From: the human T2T-CHM13v2.0 reference genome, Homo sapiens
Assembly: GCF_009914755.1 (NCBI RefSeq)
Contig: NC_060930.1
Reading direction: 5' to 3' (one strand)
DNA: 64,000 nucleotides
Positions 1 to 16,874 of this stretch are shown in pieces. A program made the position numbers and the translations under genes. How positions within the stretch are numbered: the first letter of the stretch is position 1; each line of letters starts with the position of its first letter. The notes under the pieces were generated by a model, which saw nothing but the letters and a program-made list of their open reading frames with translations, made no database searches and was not told where the DNA came from.

Positions 1-964
1 AATAACTTACAGTTTAATTCATATATTGGAAGAAGGATGTTTTGTGAATGACAGAAATTGCTATTTTATCATGGCTGCCTTAGTTACTCATGCCTTTACT
101 GTTGAGTATATTTGCAGTTAGGCTTTGAATAGACTTCTATTCAAGACTATTGAGTAGTCTTGAGTAACTTTACATCTGTAAGTACTCTTGGTAATTCAAC
201 CCAATGTCTAGCCACTCATTATAGCCAACATATTGTTGGATTCCTGATTTCAATCTAAACCCATTCTCATTCTAGTCTTAACCTTAGTGAAAACTTTTAA
301 CAACTCTGGTACTTATTATATAAATGCATTATACATATTTAGAATCACCATTAAAGTTCCCCTAATATCTCTACTTTAATAACTCAGAGTCATTAAATTG
401 TCTCTATCTGCATTTTAATAATCCTTTATCTTAGCTATTGTGGATCATCTTGCTAGTTTCAGAATTCATCACTAATTATTATGCCTTAAAATGAGCACAG
501 TAGACCAAGTTTCATTAGCCAGACCGAAAAGGATGGCATCCTAAGTTACAAACTTTACATTTCTAGCTCCCCTCTTCCCCTATGCTGTCTGAAAAAAAGT
601 CAAATAGTCCTCTGCATAGACATAATCTAAGAAAGATCCTAGTAACTGTAAATGGATCTGACAGATATTTATATTATTATATACTGAATATCTGTTAAGC
701 AAACTTCAAATGTAAGGTCTTGATATTCAGTTGATCCAGTTATGAAAATGTAAGCAAACTGCCACTTATATGTTATACTTTAATATCTTGCTTTTCTTGT
801 TATTGTTCTTAGATATCAGTAGGATTTAAATTCAATTTGTAGTCATTAAAGTTTTGGATATTGTAATATGCTATGCAAATTCAGAGTACTTTCTTCTGAC
901 AGGATGCTAGATTGCTTTGACTTGATTCATTCTTCACCCAGTGATATTTATTATACATGAGTAA

Positions 965-1430
965 TTTTTAGGGTCCTTCAAGGAAATACATAGCACATTC
1001 AATGTAAAATAATTTGAAAAAGGTTTATTTACAAAGGGACTACTTACAAGATGTGGATCAGATGTCGGAGAAACCACAATGGAGAGTTCAATAAACTGGA
1101 GTTAAGTACCAGGATGGTGCTATCACCACACTTATGCAGAAAAGAGGATACTATTGACAATGGGATTAAAAAGATGAGAGAACAGAGTGGTCACTGTACC
1201 CAGAAAAAGATGTGCAGAGCATGCTACTTTGAGAAGAGTGATTTCCTATTGGATGACATAGCTAGCCCAAGATTATCTTGCTGTGAGGGATTCAGTGTTA
1301 CAATTATCATTACTGCAATTTTCATCCCTGTCTCTGGTGTCCTGCTGGTGCTGTCCATTGCTTGGTCCCTTGAAGTCCAGAAGGCTATAGAACCAACTGA
1401 TGTGGCCCATAAAGGCCACCTCCTGGTTTG
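965..1430. mobile_element. Old ERVL/MaLR-type LTR fragment
   Basis: Resembles degenerate MLT-class LTR sequence; family not resolved. Confidence 0.4.
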
Positions 1431-1444
1431 AGATTAGATCTTAA

Positions 1445-1838
<394 letters not shown>

Positions 1839-1859
1839 TTCAAACTCATTTTTATATAT

Positions 1860-2410
1860 GGTGGTGATCTAAAAATTTCAGTAAAAGCATGTATGTTGAG
1901 TTATTTCTTATAATTCTGGTAATGAATTTTCTATGTGGGTATTTTCATTGGAACTGCACATTAATCAATTGGAGAATTACAATTTTATGGTATTAAATTT
2001 ACCTATATATATCCACATGATATGTCTTTTTATTTAATTAGGTTGCCTTTCTAAATATCAATATTTTTTTCTCAAAGATCTGGCACACGCTTTGCCAGAT
2101 TTATTCCTAGGTGTTTGATATTTTTATGCTGTTGTCAAAGGTGTCTTTTAAAGCATGTTTGCTAATTATTTCTTGTTAGCGTATAGAATCACAATGGACT
2201 TCTTTGCAATGATCTTATGTCCACTAAACTTGCTTTATTCTTTGATCATTTCTGATAATTTTTTTGAAGATTAATTTTTAAGTAGATAATTATGTGAAAA
2301 TAATGACATCTATTTCCTCCTTTCCAAATTTTTTGTCTTAAATATATGTTTCTTGTTTTATGGTACTGGCTAGGCTCTGTGGTACCATATATATAGAAAT
2401 TGTGACAAAT
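1860..2410 (-). mobile_element. Old L1 fragment
   Basis: Antisense L1 ORF2-like text (tttattcctaggtgtttgatattttt..., gatcttatgtccactaaacttgct). Confidence 0.65.
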
Positions 2411-2414
2411 GGCT

Positions 2415-2786
2415 GTATTAGTCTGTTCTCATGCTGCTAATAAAGACATACCTGAGACTGGGTAATTTATAAAGGAAAGAGAGGTTCAATAGACTCACAG
2501 TTCCACATGGGCTGAGGAGGCCTCATAATCATGGTGGAAGGCGAAGGAGGAGCAAAGCCGTGACCTACATGGCAGCAGGCAAGAGAAGTGCTGAGCAAAA
2601 GGGGGGAAAGCCCGTTATAAAACCATCAGATCTCATGAGAACTCACTCACTATCATGAGGACAGCATGAGGCTAACCACCCCCATGATTTAATTACTTCC
2701 CACTGGGTCCCTCCCATGACACTTGGGGATTATGGGAACTACAATTCAAGATGAAATTTGGGTGAGGATACAGCCAAATCATATCA
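2415..2786. mobile_element. MST/THE1-class MaLR solo LTR
   Basis: tgtattagtctgttctcatgctgctaataaagacatacctgagactggg ... ccaaatcatatca termini. Confidence 0.9.
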
Positions 2787-2789
2787 CTG

Positions 2790-4570
2790 GCTATTACTAA
2801 ATTAAGAATACATGAGAACTTTCTTATCATAATACAGTATATCTACTAAAAGTATCCAGAGTAAGCAGCATACTTTATGATTGATTAGAAACATTCAGTT
2901 AAAAATTAGAACCAAACATGGAGACATACTCTCACTACTTTTATTCAATATTGTGCTGAAGGTTCTACAGGGAAACAAAGAGAATAAAAGTTTAAGGATT
3001 GAAATGGAAGCAAAATTGATTTTTATTTTAGATGATATATTGTATGATTAACTATCAAAAATCTTAAGGATCTGCAGATAAGTTATGGATGCTAGAGTTA
3101 GGAAATATTGTTATATAATAAAAAATCAACTTATAAGTCATGCCAACACACCAGCAACAAACAAAAATAAGGTTTTAAAAGATATATTATCATAACTACA
3201 AAACAGTTAAAGTATCTATAAAAATCTCTAACAGGAAATATATCTTTTTGAAGAAAACAATAAACTCTTATTCAGAAAAGTTAAACAAGCCTAAGTCAAC
3301 TAAGAAATTGATGTTAATAGATGTTATTAAGAGAACTTGTTATCCAAAAGGTGTCCATTTTTTCCAAGTTGATTGATAGGTTCAAAGAATACCAATCAAA
3401 ATCTCACAGGTTTATTTTTTGAACTTTAGTATATGAGTATTAGTTTTGTACATAAGTCTCGAAGACCAATGATAGCCATAACACAAAGTGAGTTAACAGG
3501 CTGTACCAGACATTTATATCTAAACTATAACACTTAGTATATGTATATGCCTCAGGGATAGAAAACCTAAAGAAACAGAGATGGTAAAGTAACATGGCGC
3601 ATTAAAATCACCAGAGAAATGATAGATTATTCAATAAATAGTGCTAAGACAAATGGTTAAATCTATGAAAATAAAAAAAAAGAAATTGAGTCACTATGTT
3701 ACATCATAAAATATCATTTGACAATGGATTTGTGGCTTAACATGAAGGGCAAAACTTTAAAACAGTTAAAAGGAAGATTAGGAGAAAATATTTTTTGGTC
3801 TCAAATAAAGAAGGAAGTTTTAAAAAATAAAATTCAAAAATTGTATAACACAAATGGGAACATTAATCTATCAGACTTTATTAAATATAATAATTTATCT
3901 TTATCAAAAGATAATTTTTTTAAAGTGCAAATATGGTAGCTTTAAAGTAGCTTTAAATTTGTAACAACAAAGGATTAATATCCAGAAAATCTCAGTGTCC
4001 CTACTAATCAATAAAAAAATTAACAGCTTAATAAAAAATTATCAAAAGACATAAATAAAGCAATGGATGTCTCACAAATACAGAAAATATTTTCAATCTT
4101 ATTAGTAAAAAAGGAAATATTAATAAAAATACTTGAACTAACATATTCCCATCATATTTTCAAGATATTAAAAAGTCTGATAAAACTAAATGTTGAAATG
4201 GATATGGAGCAACATTAAGCCTGGTAGGATTACATATTTGTGTAATCACTTTGGGAAATATTGTAATGTTATGCAGAAATATTACAGGCAATAAATTCTT
4301 ACGATCTGGGATCTTCAATCACAGGGATAGAATTTCTTCCATGTTTTCCAGTGTGTGTGTGTTCATGAAGACATTTGTAATTTCAAAAACCCAGAAATTA
4401 CATGAATAATAAAATTGTGACATATTTATTCAATGGATTGCTATATAACAGTCAAAATGAATGAACTGTAGCTACAAACAATGTAAATAGTTCTCAATAG
4501 TGCTAAGTAAAAGAAGACATTCATAAAATACATGAACAAAACATTTACTCACATAATTTTAAAACATGCA
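2790..4570 (+). mobile_element. Old L1M ORF2/3' fragments
   Basis: A-rich degenerate ORF2 (ctcactactttattcaatattgtgctgaag, tattcaataaatagtgctaagacaaatgg). Confidence 0.75.
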
Positions 4571-4576
4571 AAATCA

Positions 4577-4901
<325 letters not shown>

Positions 4902-6154
4902 TTAAGCAATATTATTTAGGGATGCATGCATAGAAGTGAATCTAGAATGAAAACCAAGGAAATAATAACAAAATTCAGAATAGTAGTTAACTCTTGAGTG
5001 CAAGAAAAAAGTAGTTCCGGGTAGAACTGGCTTTAGTGACACCTGATAAAGCTGGATTTCAGTGTTCAAAGCATATCTTCAATTTGTCATTTTCCCCCTG
5101 TATGTCTGCTTTCCTCTGTATTGGCTTCAATCTCAGACAGTCTCTTCATCTGTGGGGAACCACCCGCATTTCCAGGCTTATCAACCTCAGAGAAATAAGA
5201 ACATCTGTTTTTTTTTTTTTTTTTTCAGTTAGCTTTAGTGAAATTCCAGATACCACTCTCCTTGTTCCACGTTAGGTCTTAAGTTCACCCTCCAGTGATG
5301 TTGGGAATGTGTAATTATCACTACCAGATCTAGACCATGTGTCAGATGCTTAAGCTAGGCTGTAGGGTAAATCTCATCAGTCCATATGGCAGGATGGAAG
5401 ATTCAGGTCTTCCAAAGGAAAATTAAGTCTTTGTTATCAAAGGAATGAGATACTGATGCTGAGATGCCCAAACAATAGATATGTACTTCAGTCTCAAGGC
5501 AAACAATAACAGTTTCTGAATCAAGGGTCAAACAACCTTTAAATGGTGATTGATAATGTGGCGAGTCTCTAAGATGCCTAGTTGAGTTCTGACCAGAAAT
5601 TAGCAGATGGGAGGACAGACCTCTGGATATGTTTGACAAGACACCATGCCACTGTGGAATACCCTCTGGAAGGTCTGACTCAATTGGAGCAAGTTATGAG
5701 TAAAATTTGCACCAACTTGTTACTGAGGAAGCTGAGACTTCATTAAAGATCCAAAGGACTCCCCCAAGTTCTCACCATTTATGTAGTTATTACTGTAAGA
5801 AAGGAAACCAAATTGGATGCTCTCAGGTAACATAACTAAATTATGGGGTCAGATTTGAGTTTTAAATTCATATTTGGAGAACTGGAGCTCATACAACCTC
5901 TACAAGTGGAATTCCTGATAAGCATAGGCCCAAGGAGTGGACACTGCTAATAAGAAGGGTCCTGAGTGGAGACTTTCAGAATGGGGGGCCTGGGACTCAG
6001 TCAGACAGCTGGGACCACTTAGACACACACTTCTAGCTTTCCCCATCTCTCTTATCCACATAGAGCAGGGATAGAAAAAAAACATTCAATATAATGTTTT
6101 AACTTAAACCTGTTCAGTGAAAATACCACATGCTGATTTGTTTTGGTCATGGTG

Positions 6155-6199
6155 GTGTGTGTGTGTGTGTGTGTGTGCGTGTGTGTACATATATATATA
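6155..6199. repeat. (TG)n(TA)n microsatellite
   Basis: Read directly. Confidence 0.9.
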
Positions 6200-6630
6200 A
6201 TTGTCCCTGGGACTGCCTAACTCTGGAAATCTACAGATAAAAAATATGCTAATGTATAAAATATGTTTATATATTAGCATATTATATATTAATATATTAG
6301 GATATTCTATCACATATTAGTTATATTAATATATGAATATATAATTAAACATTAGTTATATTAATATGTTGTATTAACACATATATTAATACATATTATG
6401 TGTTAATATAACTAATAATATATTAATATATTAGATATGAATATGTATTATTTATTATATATTAATTTATTGTATAGTAAAGAAATATATATTTTCTATT
6501 ACTATATAACAAATTAATATATACATATATAATATGTTTATATACTAGTATATAACAAATATATTAATATGCATTATGATATTTTTTACCTGTAGATTTC
6601 CAGAGTTAGGCAGTCTAGGGAAAATTTTAT
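6197..6630. repeat. Palindromic AT-rich repeat (PATRR-like)
   Basis: ccctgggactgcctaactctggaaatctacagataaaaaatat (6205-6247) is the near-perfect reverse complement of atattttttacctgtagatttccagagttaggcagtctaggg (6579-6620), flanking an AT-rich interior. Confidence 0.9.
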
Positions 6631-7039
6631 AGCTCAACAATGTTAAGGTTTTGATTCTCATCTTCTAATATTTTCTTGGCTTTACATCTTGAGGTAGTGG
6701 ACTGTTGTCCTGGCTTGAAGTATCACATCCTCATAGTACAAAATCTGAAAGGAAAGGAAGTGAGTTGAGGGTTCTTCAGCGGGTAGATGAGTCTATTATA
6801 AACTTATAATGTTAGTGGTACCAAGACACCTTCAGTGTAGTTGTGAAACATCTCAACTAAATGCTTTTAAACAAGGGATTATACTACAACTCTGTATTTC
6901 CACACATTGGGTTTGGAGTACAAAATGGGGCAAAGTTCAATTGTTCTGCATTATAGTTGGCAGAGGAGGGAGGTTAAAGCTCCTTGGGTGGTAGAAAATC
7001 TTAGAGAAATAGAAATCAGTAAGGCTGGGCATTCTGTGG

Positions 7040-7784
<745 letters not shown>

Positions 7785-8494
7785 AAACATCATATAATCG
7801 ACTGAAAAGGAGCCTCGTACGATAGGGGTGTCTACTATGGATTCTTTATTTTATTTACATAAGCGATGCCTACATATTGTACTGTGAAAGATTTTTAAAA
7901 TAGAGAAATATAGACTAAAAACTGAAAGTCTACTTTCACATCTCTTTTGTTTCGTTATTCAACACAAAATTGATCATTGCTGAGAGTTTAGTGCGGGCAC
8001 TTGCTGGCCTTTCCTATGAATGTGTATTAGAAATAAATGAATTAAATATAAAATGCGAACATACCACTTGTATAGTCCTGCAATATACTTTATTTTAACT
8101 TAACAATATGAGTTGGATATCTTCTCCTATGAGTCATACGAATTTGCCTTATTCTCTAGTTGCTGCTTAGTACACCGTACTAGAAATATTCCAATATATT
8201 TAAGACATTTATATTGTTTATGACTTTTTATTGTAGGTAAAAACATAAAAAGCCCACTTTGTACATATGCCCTTGTGCACCTCTGTTTTTCTGTAGAGTA
8301 GACATTCAAAAATGACTTACTGATTGAAATATATGCTCCTTTAATATTTTAAGAATTTGCCCTTTTACTTTCTAGAACATCATTATTAATGCATTTTCCT
8401 ACTAACAGTGCATGACAGGACTTGTTTTTCCTCTTTTTGTCAAAACTAGGTATCTTTTAAATAGTTTACAATATATTTGATTAAAAACTATATG

Positions 8495-8680
8495 TAGGGG
8501 GTGTGAAGCAAGGGGAGGGAGAGCATTAGTAAAAATATCTAATGCATGCAGGGCTTAAAACCTACATGATGAGTTGATAGGTACAGCAAACCACCATGGC
8601 ACATGTATACCTGTGTAACAAACCTACATATTCTGCACATGTATCCCAGAACTTAAGGTTAAGAAAAAGTAAAAAAAAAA
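8495..8680 (+). mobile_element. 5'-truncated L1PA 3' end
   Basis: gcagggcttaaaaccta...caaaccaccatggcacatgtatacctgtgtaacaaacct, poly-A tail; TSD aaaaactatat. Confidence 0.9.
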
Positions 8681-9039
8681 CTATATATAATTTTTATTCA
8701 ATATATGTTTTCCTGATTATTAATGATATTGGGCATCTTTTTATATATCATTTGTATTTGAATTGCTCTTCATCTCCTTTACTTATTTTTCAATTAGAGT
8801 CAAGTTTTCTTATTACTATTTAGGATTTTTAAAATATTCTAGATAATATACCTTTCTATAGTCTACTCATATTTTTTTCTCCAGATTGTCCTTTGCTCTT
8901 TGACTTGATAGTGTTTTGGACAAAATTTTAAATTCTTATGCAGGCACTTTTCAAATCATTATATTTATAGTGCTTAGGTTTGCATCTAGCTTAGAAAGTT
9001 CTTCTCAATAAAAAAAAGGAGCTTAATTTTATAAATGGG

Positions 9040-9190
9040 TAGATACTGTTATTATCTCCATTTTATACATATCAAAATTTAGGTTAAGTGAGATTAAATA
9101 ATTTTTTCAAGGTGACACAGCCAGTTAGTGTCAGGATCAAATTTGAACACAGGCACTCTGGCTCCAGAATACATGCTCTTAACTGTATAC
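9040..9190. mobile_element. MIR
   Basis: attatctccattttataca...aaggtgacacagccagttagtg...gatcaaatttgaacacaggcactctggctccaga core. Confidence 0.8.
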
Positions 9191-10029
9191 TAATTATTTA
9201 ATATTCTAAATTCCAATATTAGTACGAGTCTTTTTCGTACTATCTAGTCTGTTGATTAATCTATTATTATGCTAATATATGGTATGCTAATTACCATGAA
9301 TTCATACACCATGTTGATATCTGGTAGGGCATTCCCTCTTATTTATTTAAATCTTTTCTTGTTTATTTTTATTTTATCTTTCAAATGAACTTTAAAGTTG
9401 GTTTGTCAAGTTTCATGAAAATCTTGCTGTGATTATCTGACTTCATACATTTGTTTAGGAAAATTAATGTCCTTAAAAATTAGAGTATTTTTGCATAATC
9501 TATACATTGATTTAGGCTTTTAAAAAAAGGTCCTTAATAATGTTTCAGGTTTTTTTGTTATAGTGTTGCACTTTTCTTCTAGTTTTATGTCCAGGTATTC
9601 CAGAATATTTGTTTCAATTATAAGCAAACTATTTTTCAGCTTAATTTTCCAATTATTTATTGCTATGTATGGAAACTAAAACTAGTTGATTTTTGTCTCT
9701 ATCACAAAGCTGAATGCTTTTATAAATTCTAATTGTTATTTCATGTATCATATTAAATTTCTTTTACAAATAAAGAATATTAAAAGCCTTTTATGCTTCC
9801 TTTAGAAATGAAGAATATAAAATGGTTACAGAAATGAATAAACAGAGGAAGAAGGCAAAAAGAACTATAATGTTCACTGAATCTACCCATCAAAGTAACT
9901 AACTACATTTTATGTATTTTCAGCTACTTGATCTGTGTTTGAAGCAATTTCCTTCAGTTCAATGTTTTTTCTCTTTGCTATCTTTTTTTGGCTTTTTCTT
10001 TTTCTTTTGCATAAAAAGTACAATAAAAA

Positions 10030-10368
10030 TGATATTTCAGTTTACATTATGATGATCTCAAATATTGCTTAAGAAACTCAAGTGTGGCTGACAAATGGAA
10101 AACATCAGCATTGTGCAATAATTTCTTTCATCATGTTTTGTCAATCTTGGCATCTTTAAAAACAAAAACTTCATGCTATGAATGTCACTGATGGCCTGAG
10201 ACAATCTAAAGGATATTTTGTTTGAAATGCACACACACAATTCCTAAAGTGTGAGAAACAAAATCAGCAAAGTAACAAACTGCTGTCCGCCATTTTAGAT
10301 AAGTGCCCCATTTTGACCAAAGGCATCTTGCCAGAAGACAGAACTGGCATATTAGCAGGTTTTACTGG
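10030..10368. mobile_element. Probable Tigger/TcMar DNA transposon remnant
   Basis: Ends ...gcaggttttactg, resembling a Tigger-type TIR; family not resolved. Confidence 0.4.
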
Positions 10369-10602
10369 TAAACAAAAATACTCTATTTTAGTACAATGCT
10401 TCACGATTGATAGCGTTTCCATACATGGTTATTATTATTTTTAAAATTTTCATCACCATCCAGTGCTATGTGACAAAGGCAGGGTTTAGTTGCTCTGTGT
10501 TATCGATGAGAGAGCAAATCTACTAGTCTGAGTTAACCAGGCATGGAGATGAATGAGCCACAGAGTTGGAACAAAATATAGATCTGACTGCACGTCAAGT
10601 GA

Positions 10603-10769
10603 AGTTTTCACTCCCACTGAAGAGGCTTAGAAAAATCAGTATTCAGTGGGAATTTAAATTAGAAATATTTTAGAAGAAATTAAAGTGTAGTTTTCACTCC
10701 CACTGAAGAGGCTAGAAAAACCAGTATTCAGTGGGAATTTAAATTAGAATTATTTTAGAAGAAATTAAA
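10603..10769. repeat. Two-copy 86 bp tandem repeat with internal hairpin
   Basis: agttttcactcccactgaagaggc...ttcagtgggaatttaaattagaa...gaagaaattaaa at 10603 and 10689. Confidence 0.9.
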
Positions 10770-11799
10770 ATAACGTGCAGTTCCTGATAAAAGGGATCTT
10801 TACATCACACATCTCATGATTGATTGAAATTGTACACAATATGTGGAAATAGTACCACTTCCTGGCTTAAAATCTGACAACTAAAATTAGGGAACAAGTA
10901 CTTGACGGATTCTCTTGAACACTGAGTGGATTCCTATCTTGGGCTGCAAAAGATATATATTCCCAAAGAAGGAAGTTTTCTGGACTTTTGGAAAGACTCC
11001 CTACCCTCTCCCCCTTTTATGAAAGCGATTTTAAGTAATGTAAAACATTTTGTAATATTCAAGTATATGTTGTAACTTTTTCACAATATTTATTTAGCAT
11101 CTATAAAGCTCAAGGGAAATTAAATATGATGAAGCTCCTGCTATCAAATTGATATTCTAGAGCATAACTAATGTATACTTCTAAGCAAACATAAACATAA
11201 GTGAAAATCAGACTAGTGCTGATAGTATGTAAGTATAGAGGAAACTTGCTGGAGAAGCATTTAGTTAGAGAAATCATCATGAAACAGTAAAATGCAAGCT
11301 GGTATTGCAGGAACTGCAGGTTTGACCTATTTATTTAATTCCCCTGGCTGACAATGACCTCTTCCCACTTTAGTTCTGGTGTTTCATTTTTTCATTTAAT
11401 GCATTTTGAAAAACTGTTACATTCCAACCAGGAAACATGGATGTCACTTATTGAACTTTCAGCATATGTTACAAACTTCCTAAGAGCAGTCATTTCTTGT
11501 TCATAGTTATATCCCTACTGTATGTCTGTGGCTATTCACTAATTTTGCTCATAAAAGGTTATTTATCAAGATAATTTTGCATATTTGAATTATATTTTTA
11601 TATTATTCCAGGTAAACATTATTTTTCTCACATAAATTCTTAGAAACTTGTGGAGTCACATAACATATTTTGATGTCCTTTTCAGTTTCTAATGCAGGGC
11701 TTTGCAAATTATGAGTGGCTGATAAATGTTCTTGATTGAATAAGAGTGTTGTGGGTGGGCAGATGAATTTTAGCAAAGGAAATGAGAGATGCAGAGTAA

Positions 11800-12750
11800 G
11801 TCCAGGAAGGAGGCCAAACTGAAACACATAGAATCTTTTTATTATGGAGTACTTGGACATCTTCTGTAGTTCTCCAATGTCAGTTAGTGAAAATGCCAAC
11901 TTTCTAATTATTCAATTAAAAATCTTTGGCTCCTCTCTTTCTTCTCATATCCTACTTTGGTTATTCAGGAAATCTTGTCAGACCTATAAGCAAAATAATT
12001 CTCTAATAGAAGAGACCCTTTTGGCACCACTTTCACTGTTACCAACACAATCCAAGGGAGAATCTTATGGTGCCTGTAAGAGTCTCCCCGCTTCTAACTT
12101 TGCTCTCCTTCTCATATAAGTAAAGCTTACATGGTGACCAGAGTCATCTTTTCAAAGGTTAGTCAGATCATGATGCTCCTAGCTCAGCCTGTACAATGGC
12201 TTGGGATCTCTCCCATAGCAAACCCAAGGTATATATATATTCCTCAGGAAGCTCTCCATATTGGTATATATATTTCTCATGAAGCCCTACCAATTCTGGC
12301 TCCTGCACTCTCTCTGACCTTCTCTAGTCTTCTTTCACACTGACCTCCTTACTGTTCCTCAAATACTAGATGCACACTCATGACTCATGATTTTTGAAGC
12401 ATCGTTTTCCATTTGATAAGAATTCTCTTTCCCCAAATAATTGCTTGCTTTTCACACTTCCTTATGGTCTCGTTTCAAATGTCACCTTCTCTGATTGTCA
12501 GAATATAATCTTAATTCTTTACATAAATTTCCACCCATTCAATAATCCCTACTCTTCTTACATTGCTTTATTTTTTTTCTCATAGCAGTATTCTCCACCT
12601 GATATACTGTTACTTGTCTGCTTCCTCGCCTTACAGTGGGAGCTCCATGATGGTGGAGCTTTGTTTTTTTCACTGCTGTATCCCTAAGACTCAGGATAGA
12701 GGATCTTAGTAAACACTAAAAAAGTTTTAACTTATTTGAATAAATGAATG
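11800..12750. mobile_element. L2 LINE 3' region
   Basis: Degenerate L2 text ending ...tttgaataaatgaatg. Confidence 0.7.
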
Positions 12751-13584
12751 CATGTATGGGTAAAATATAAATGCATGAATAAACAAAAAGCATTGATGGA
12801 GATTACAAATTCCAAATGGAGTTTTGTTTTGGTGTGAAAATCAGCAAGAACACACTGCAGATACCTGAGGAAGGGAATAGAGATTATCTTCAGTCAGAAA
12901 GCTAGATAAATCTAAGGAAGACAAGAAAGAGTAAAGAAGGGACTGCTATAATCCAAACTGAAATCGGGTTTACATAAATAGTTATGGAAATGAAGAAAAT
13001 GTTATAATTTTCATGTGGGAGAAAATGTGAATTGGCCAGATTAACTATAGTGGGAGGATGAAAATGGTATTTCATAGACATTCCCAATACTGAGATCTTT
13101 GAGAACTGGAAAATGTGGGTCCACTCACAACAAGGAGAACTTGGAAAGTTCCGTTTGTTTGGGGAAGATGACACTGTTGTGAACGGGAGTGGGGTGGGCA
13201 GCCATGGCTTATTGATAATTTTTTCTTTAATCATTTCGAACCCACAGTATTCTTTATTGCAATGACTTAGTGAAGGGTGAATGGACACACTGTTAAAAGA
13301 CTGTCCCTTTTAAGCCACGTTCTTACTTTTTATACTTCATATTTCTCCTCCACATATCAGGCAGCTGCCATTTGATCTGTATACTAGCCAGCAGAGGAGC
13401 GGCTCTGTACAGATCCAGATTAGCTTAGGGTATGTTCCTGCTGGGTCTAAAGGAGTCATAAAACCAACAAATAAATCCTGAGGTTCTCTGTGGCCCTACC
13501 CTGCTAGCTGTGTCCCCATTTTAGGATTCTGCCTTCATAAGCAGCTCATTGCCATAGTGGACTCCAAAATCCAACATCTTTCCA

Positions 13585-13727
13585 GAGAGAGAGAGAAAAG
13601 ACAGAGAGATATAAACACTAAGAGAAAGAGATAGAGGGAGGAAGGGAGAGAGAAGACAGACAGGGAGGGGGGAGAGGAAAAGAGAGAGAAAGAGAGGGAG
13701 AAAGAAGACAGACAGATTGAGAGAGAG
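13585..13727. repeat. GA-rich low-complexity tract
   Basis: Read directly. Confidence 0.85.
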
Positions 13728-13899
13728 GTAGGAATATCTCCAAATTGGCTTATTGCTTTGAGGTTCTGTACTGGATTAGAACCCCTGGTAATTTCTGCTA
13801 CGTACTTTAGTCTTGGATTTCTGAAAATTTAGGTACCTGGGAAATATATGTTAACACTATCAGTTTACTGTATTTTTAAAACATGTTTAATTAACATAT

Positions 13900-14266
<367 letters not shown>

Positions 14267-14410
14267 TAATAGAATAAAGTTATACCACTCACCTACCCTC
14301 AAAACTATTAAAATCCCCACTAGGAAAATGTCTGGGAGGACTGAAGTATCTAGATTTTTAGGATTGAAGTTGTGGTTTTAAATGGCAATACCTATTTTCA
14401 AAGTGCTTGA

Positions 14411-14738
<328 letters not shown>

Positions 14739-14760
14739 CCGTGTATCTCTTTAAGATTCT

Positions 14761-15050
14761 CGCTCCTGTAATCCCAGCACTTTGGGAGGCCAAAGCATGC
14801 GGATCACCTGAGGTCAGGAGTTGGAGACTACCTGGCCAACACGGCGAAACCCCATCTCTACTAAAAATACAAAAATTAGCCGGGCGTGGTGGCGGGGGCT
14901 CTGTAATCCCAACTACTCAGGAGGCCGAGGCAGCAGAATTGCTTGCGCCCAGGAATCAGAGGCTGTAGTGAACTGAGAGCTTGCCACTGCACTCTAGCCT
15001 GGGCGACAGAGCAAGACTCTGTCTCAAAAAAAAAAAAAAAAAAAAAAAAA
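14761..15050 (+). mobile_element. AluS SINE (slightly 5'-truncated)
   Basis: Sense dimer with poly-A; TSD aagattct. Confidence 0.95.
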
Positions 15051-15425
15051 GATTCTAATTAGTTCTAATGAGCCAAAGCTTTGAACTTCTCCTTATTTCG
15101 TCTTCTCCCTTCTTTGCATTTTTCCTCTTTTGGTGTTAAATGTATAGCTGGGAGTTAAACTTGAAATAGACCACGTGGGTAAGGACTTAAACAGCTCCAC
15201 TATTCCTCAATGGACAGAATGAGTGAGCAGCTTCTGTCAGCCCTTAGTTTACCAATGTGAATAAAACTGCTCCCATGCTGGCATTTGATACAGGAATGGG
15301 AAATTAAACTAATTTTTAAGAGCTAGAGTAGCATCTCTTTCTCACCTGGGAAAGAATTGGTAAGAATTGCATTGGTTAAAGTAACTAAGCCTAGTCAAAG
15401 TAGCTGGGGCAAAAGTGAATATTTA

Positions 15426-15950
<525 letters not shown>

Positions 15951-16874
15951 CTACCTCAGTATACTGTCTGTGCTCCTCTCTGCTTTTCAGTTTCATTTTT
16001 TTTTTTTTTCCTACTCAAGGGCAGCTTCCTGCCCTGCTTCCTCCAGCATCTGCATTTTACATTGTGCTGCTCCCACTACCAGGGATGTACTAGCTACTCC
16101 TAAGTACAGTTTGAAAAACCCTGGGGAAAGATTCTGAGTCACTTTTTAGGTTATAGGCTTACCTTTGGTATATTCAGGCAACATCAAGAGGCTACATGGG
16201 GGATTGTGCACTACAATTCATAGATGAGGAAACTGAGGCACAGAGAGGATAAGCGACTTGTCCAAGATCACTCAGTTACTATAATATTATTTGATCAGTG
16301 TCTAGAGAAGATATTAAATATTAGTTATAATTAAATCTGTGATCATTAAAAAGCCATTTGGAAAGAGCTTGAAGCAGAGAACAGCACAATCAGGGGAATA
16401 GACTGTATTTAATGTTGTATACTACCATCTAGTGATAATCTAGAGAATTTCAGCATTATACATTAAATATGTATTTAATATTCGAAGTTTTATTTTTCTT
16501 GATGTAATCTTTACAAATGTATCATAAATTGGCAATAACTATATAACCACATATTTACATATTTTATGGGCCCAGTAAGAGAATAGCAGCCATTTAAAGG
16601 ATCATTTCAATTAATGTTTTCAAAACCCACGTTTTTAAGGTGGATGTCACAATAACTTTGAAATTTAGAAAATTTGGGATAAATTATCTTGCATAAAATA
16701 TTCATTTGCTCTCATTTTATGGTATGAAATGAACCAGATGTCAAGGTTTGCAACAGATAGCCTGGTATGTGAGCCTTCTTCCTAGGAGACAAATAGGTGC
16801 TCTTGAGAATGAGGCAAAACATAGTTAAATAAGTGGTCTCATTAGCCTACCATCTGGAGGGCATGCTTGCTTAC

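Noticed and set aside
10603-10769. Hairpin-bearing direct repeats as a CRISPR-like array
   Set aside because: Only two units, no unique spacers, eukaryotic context.
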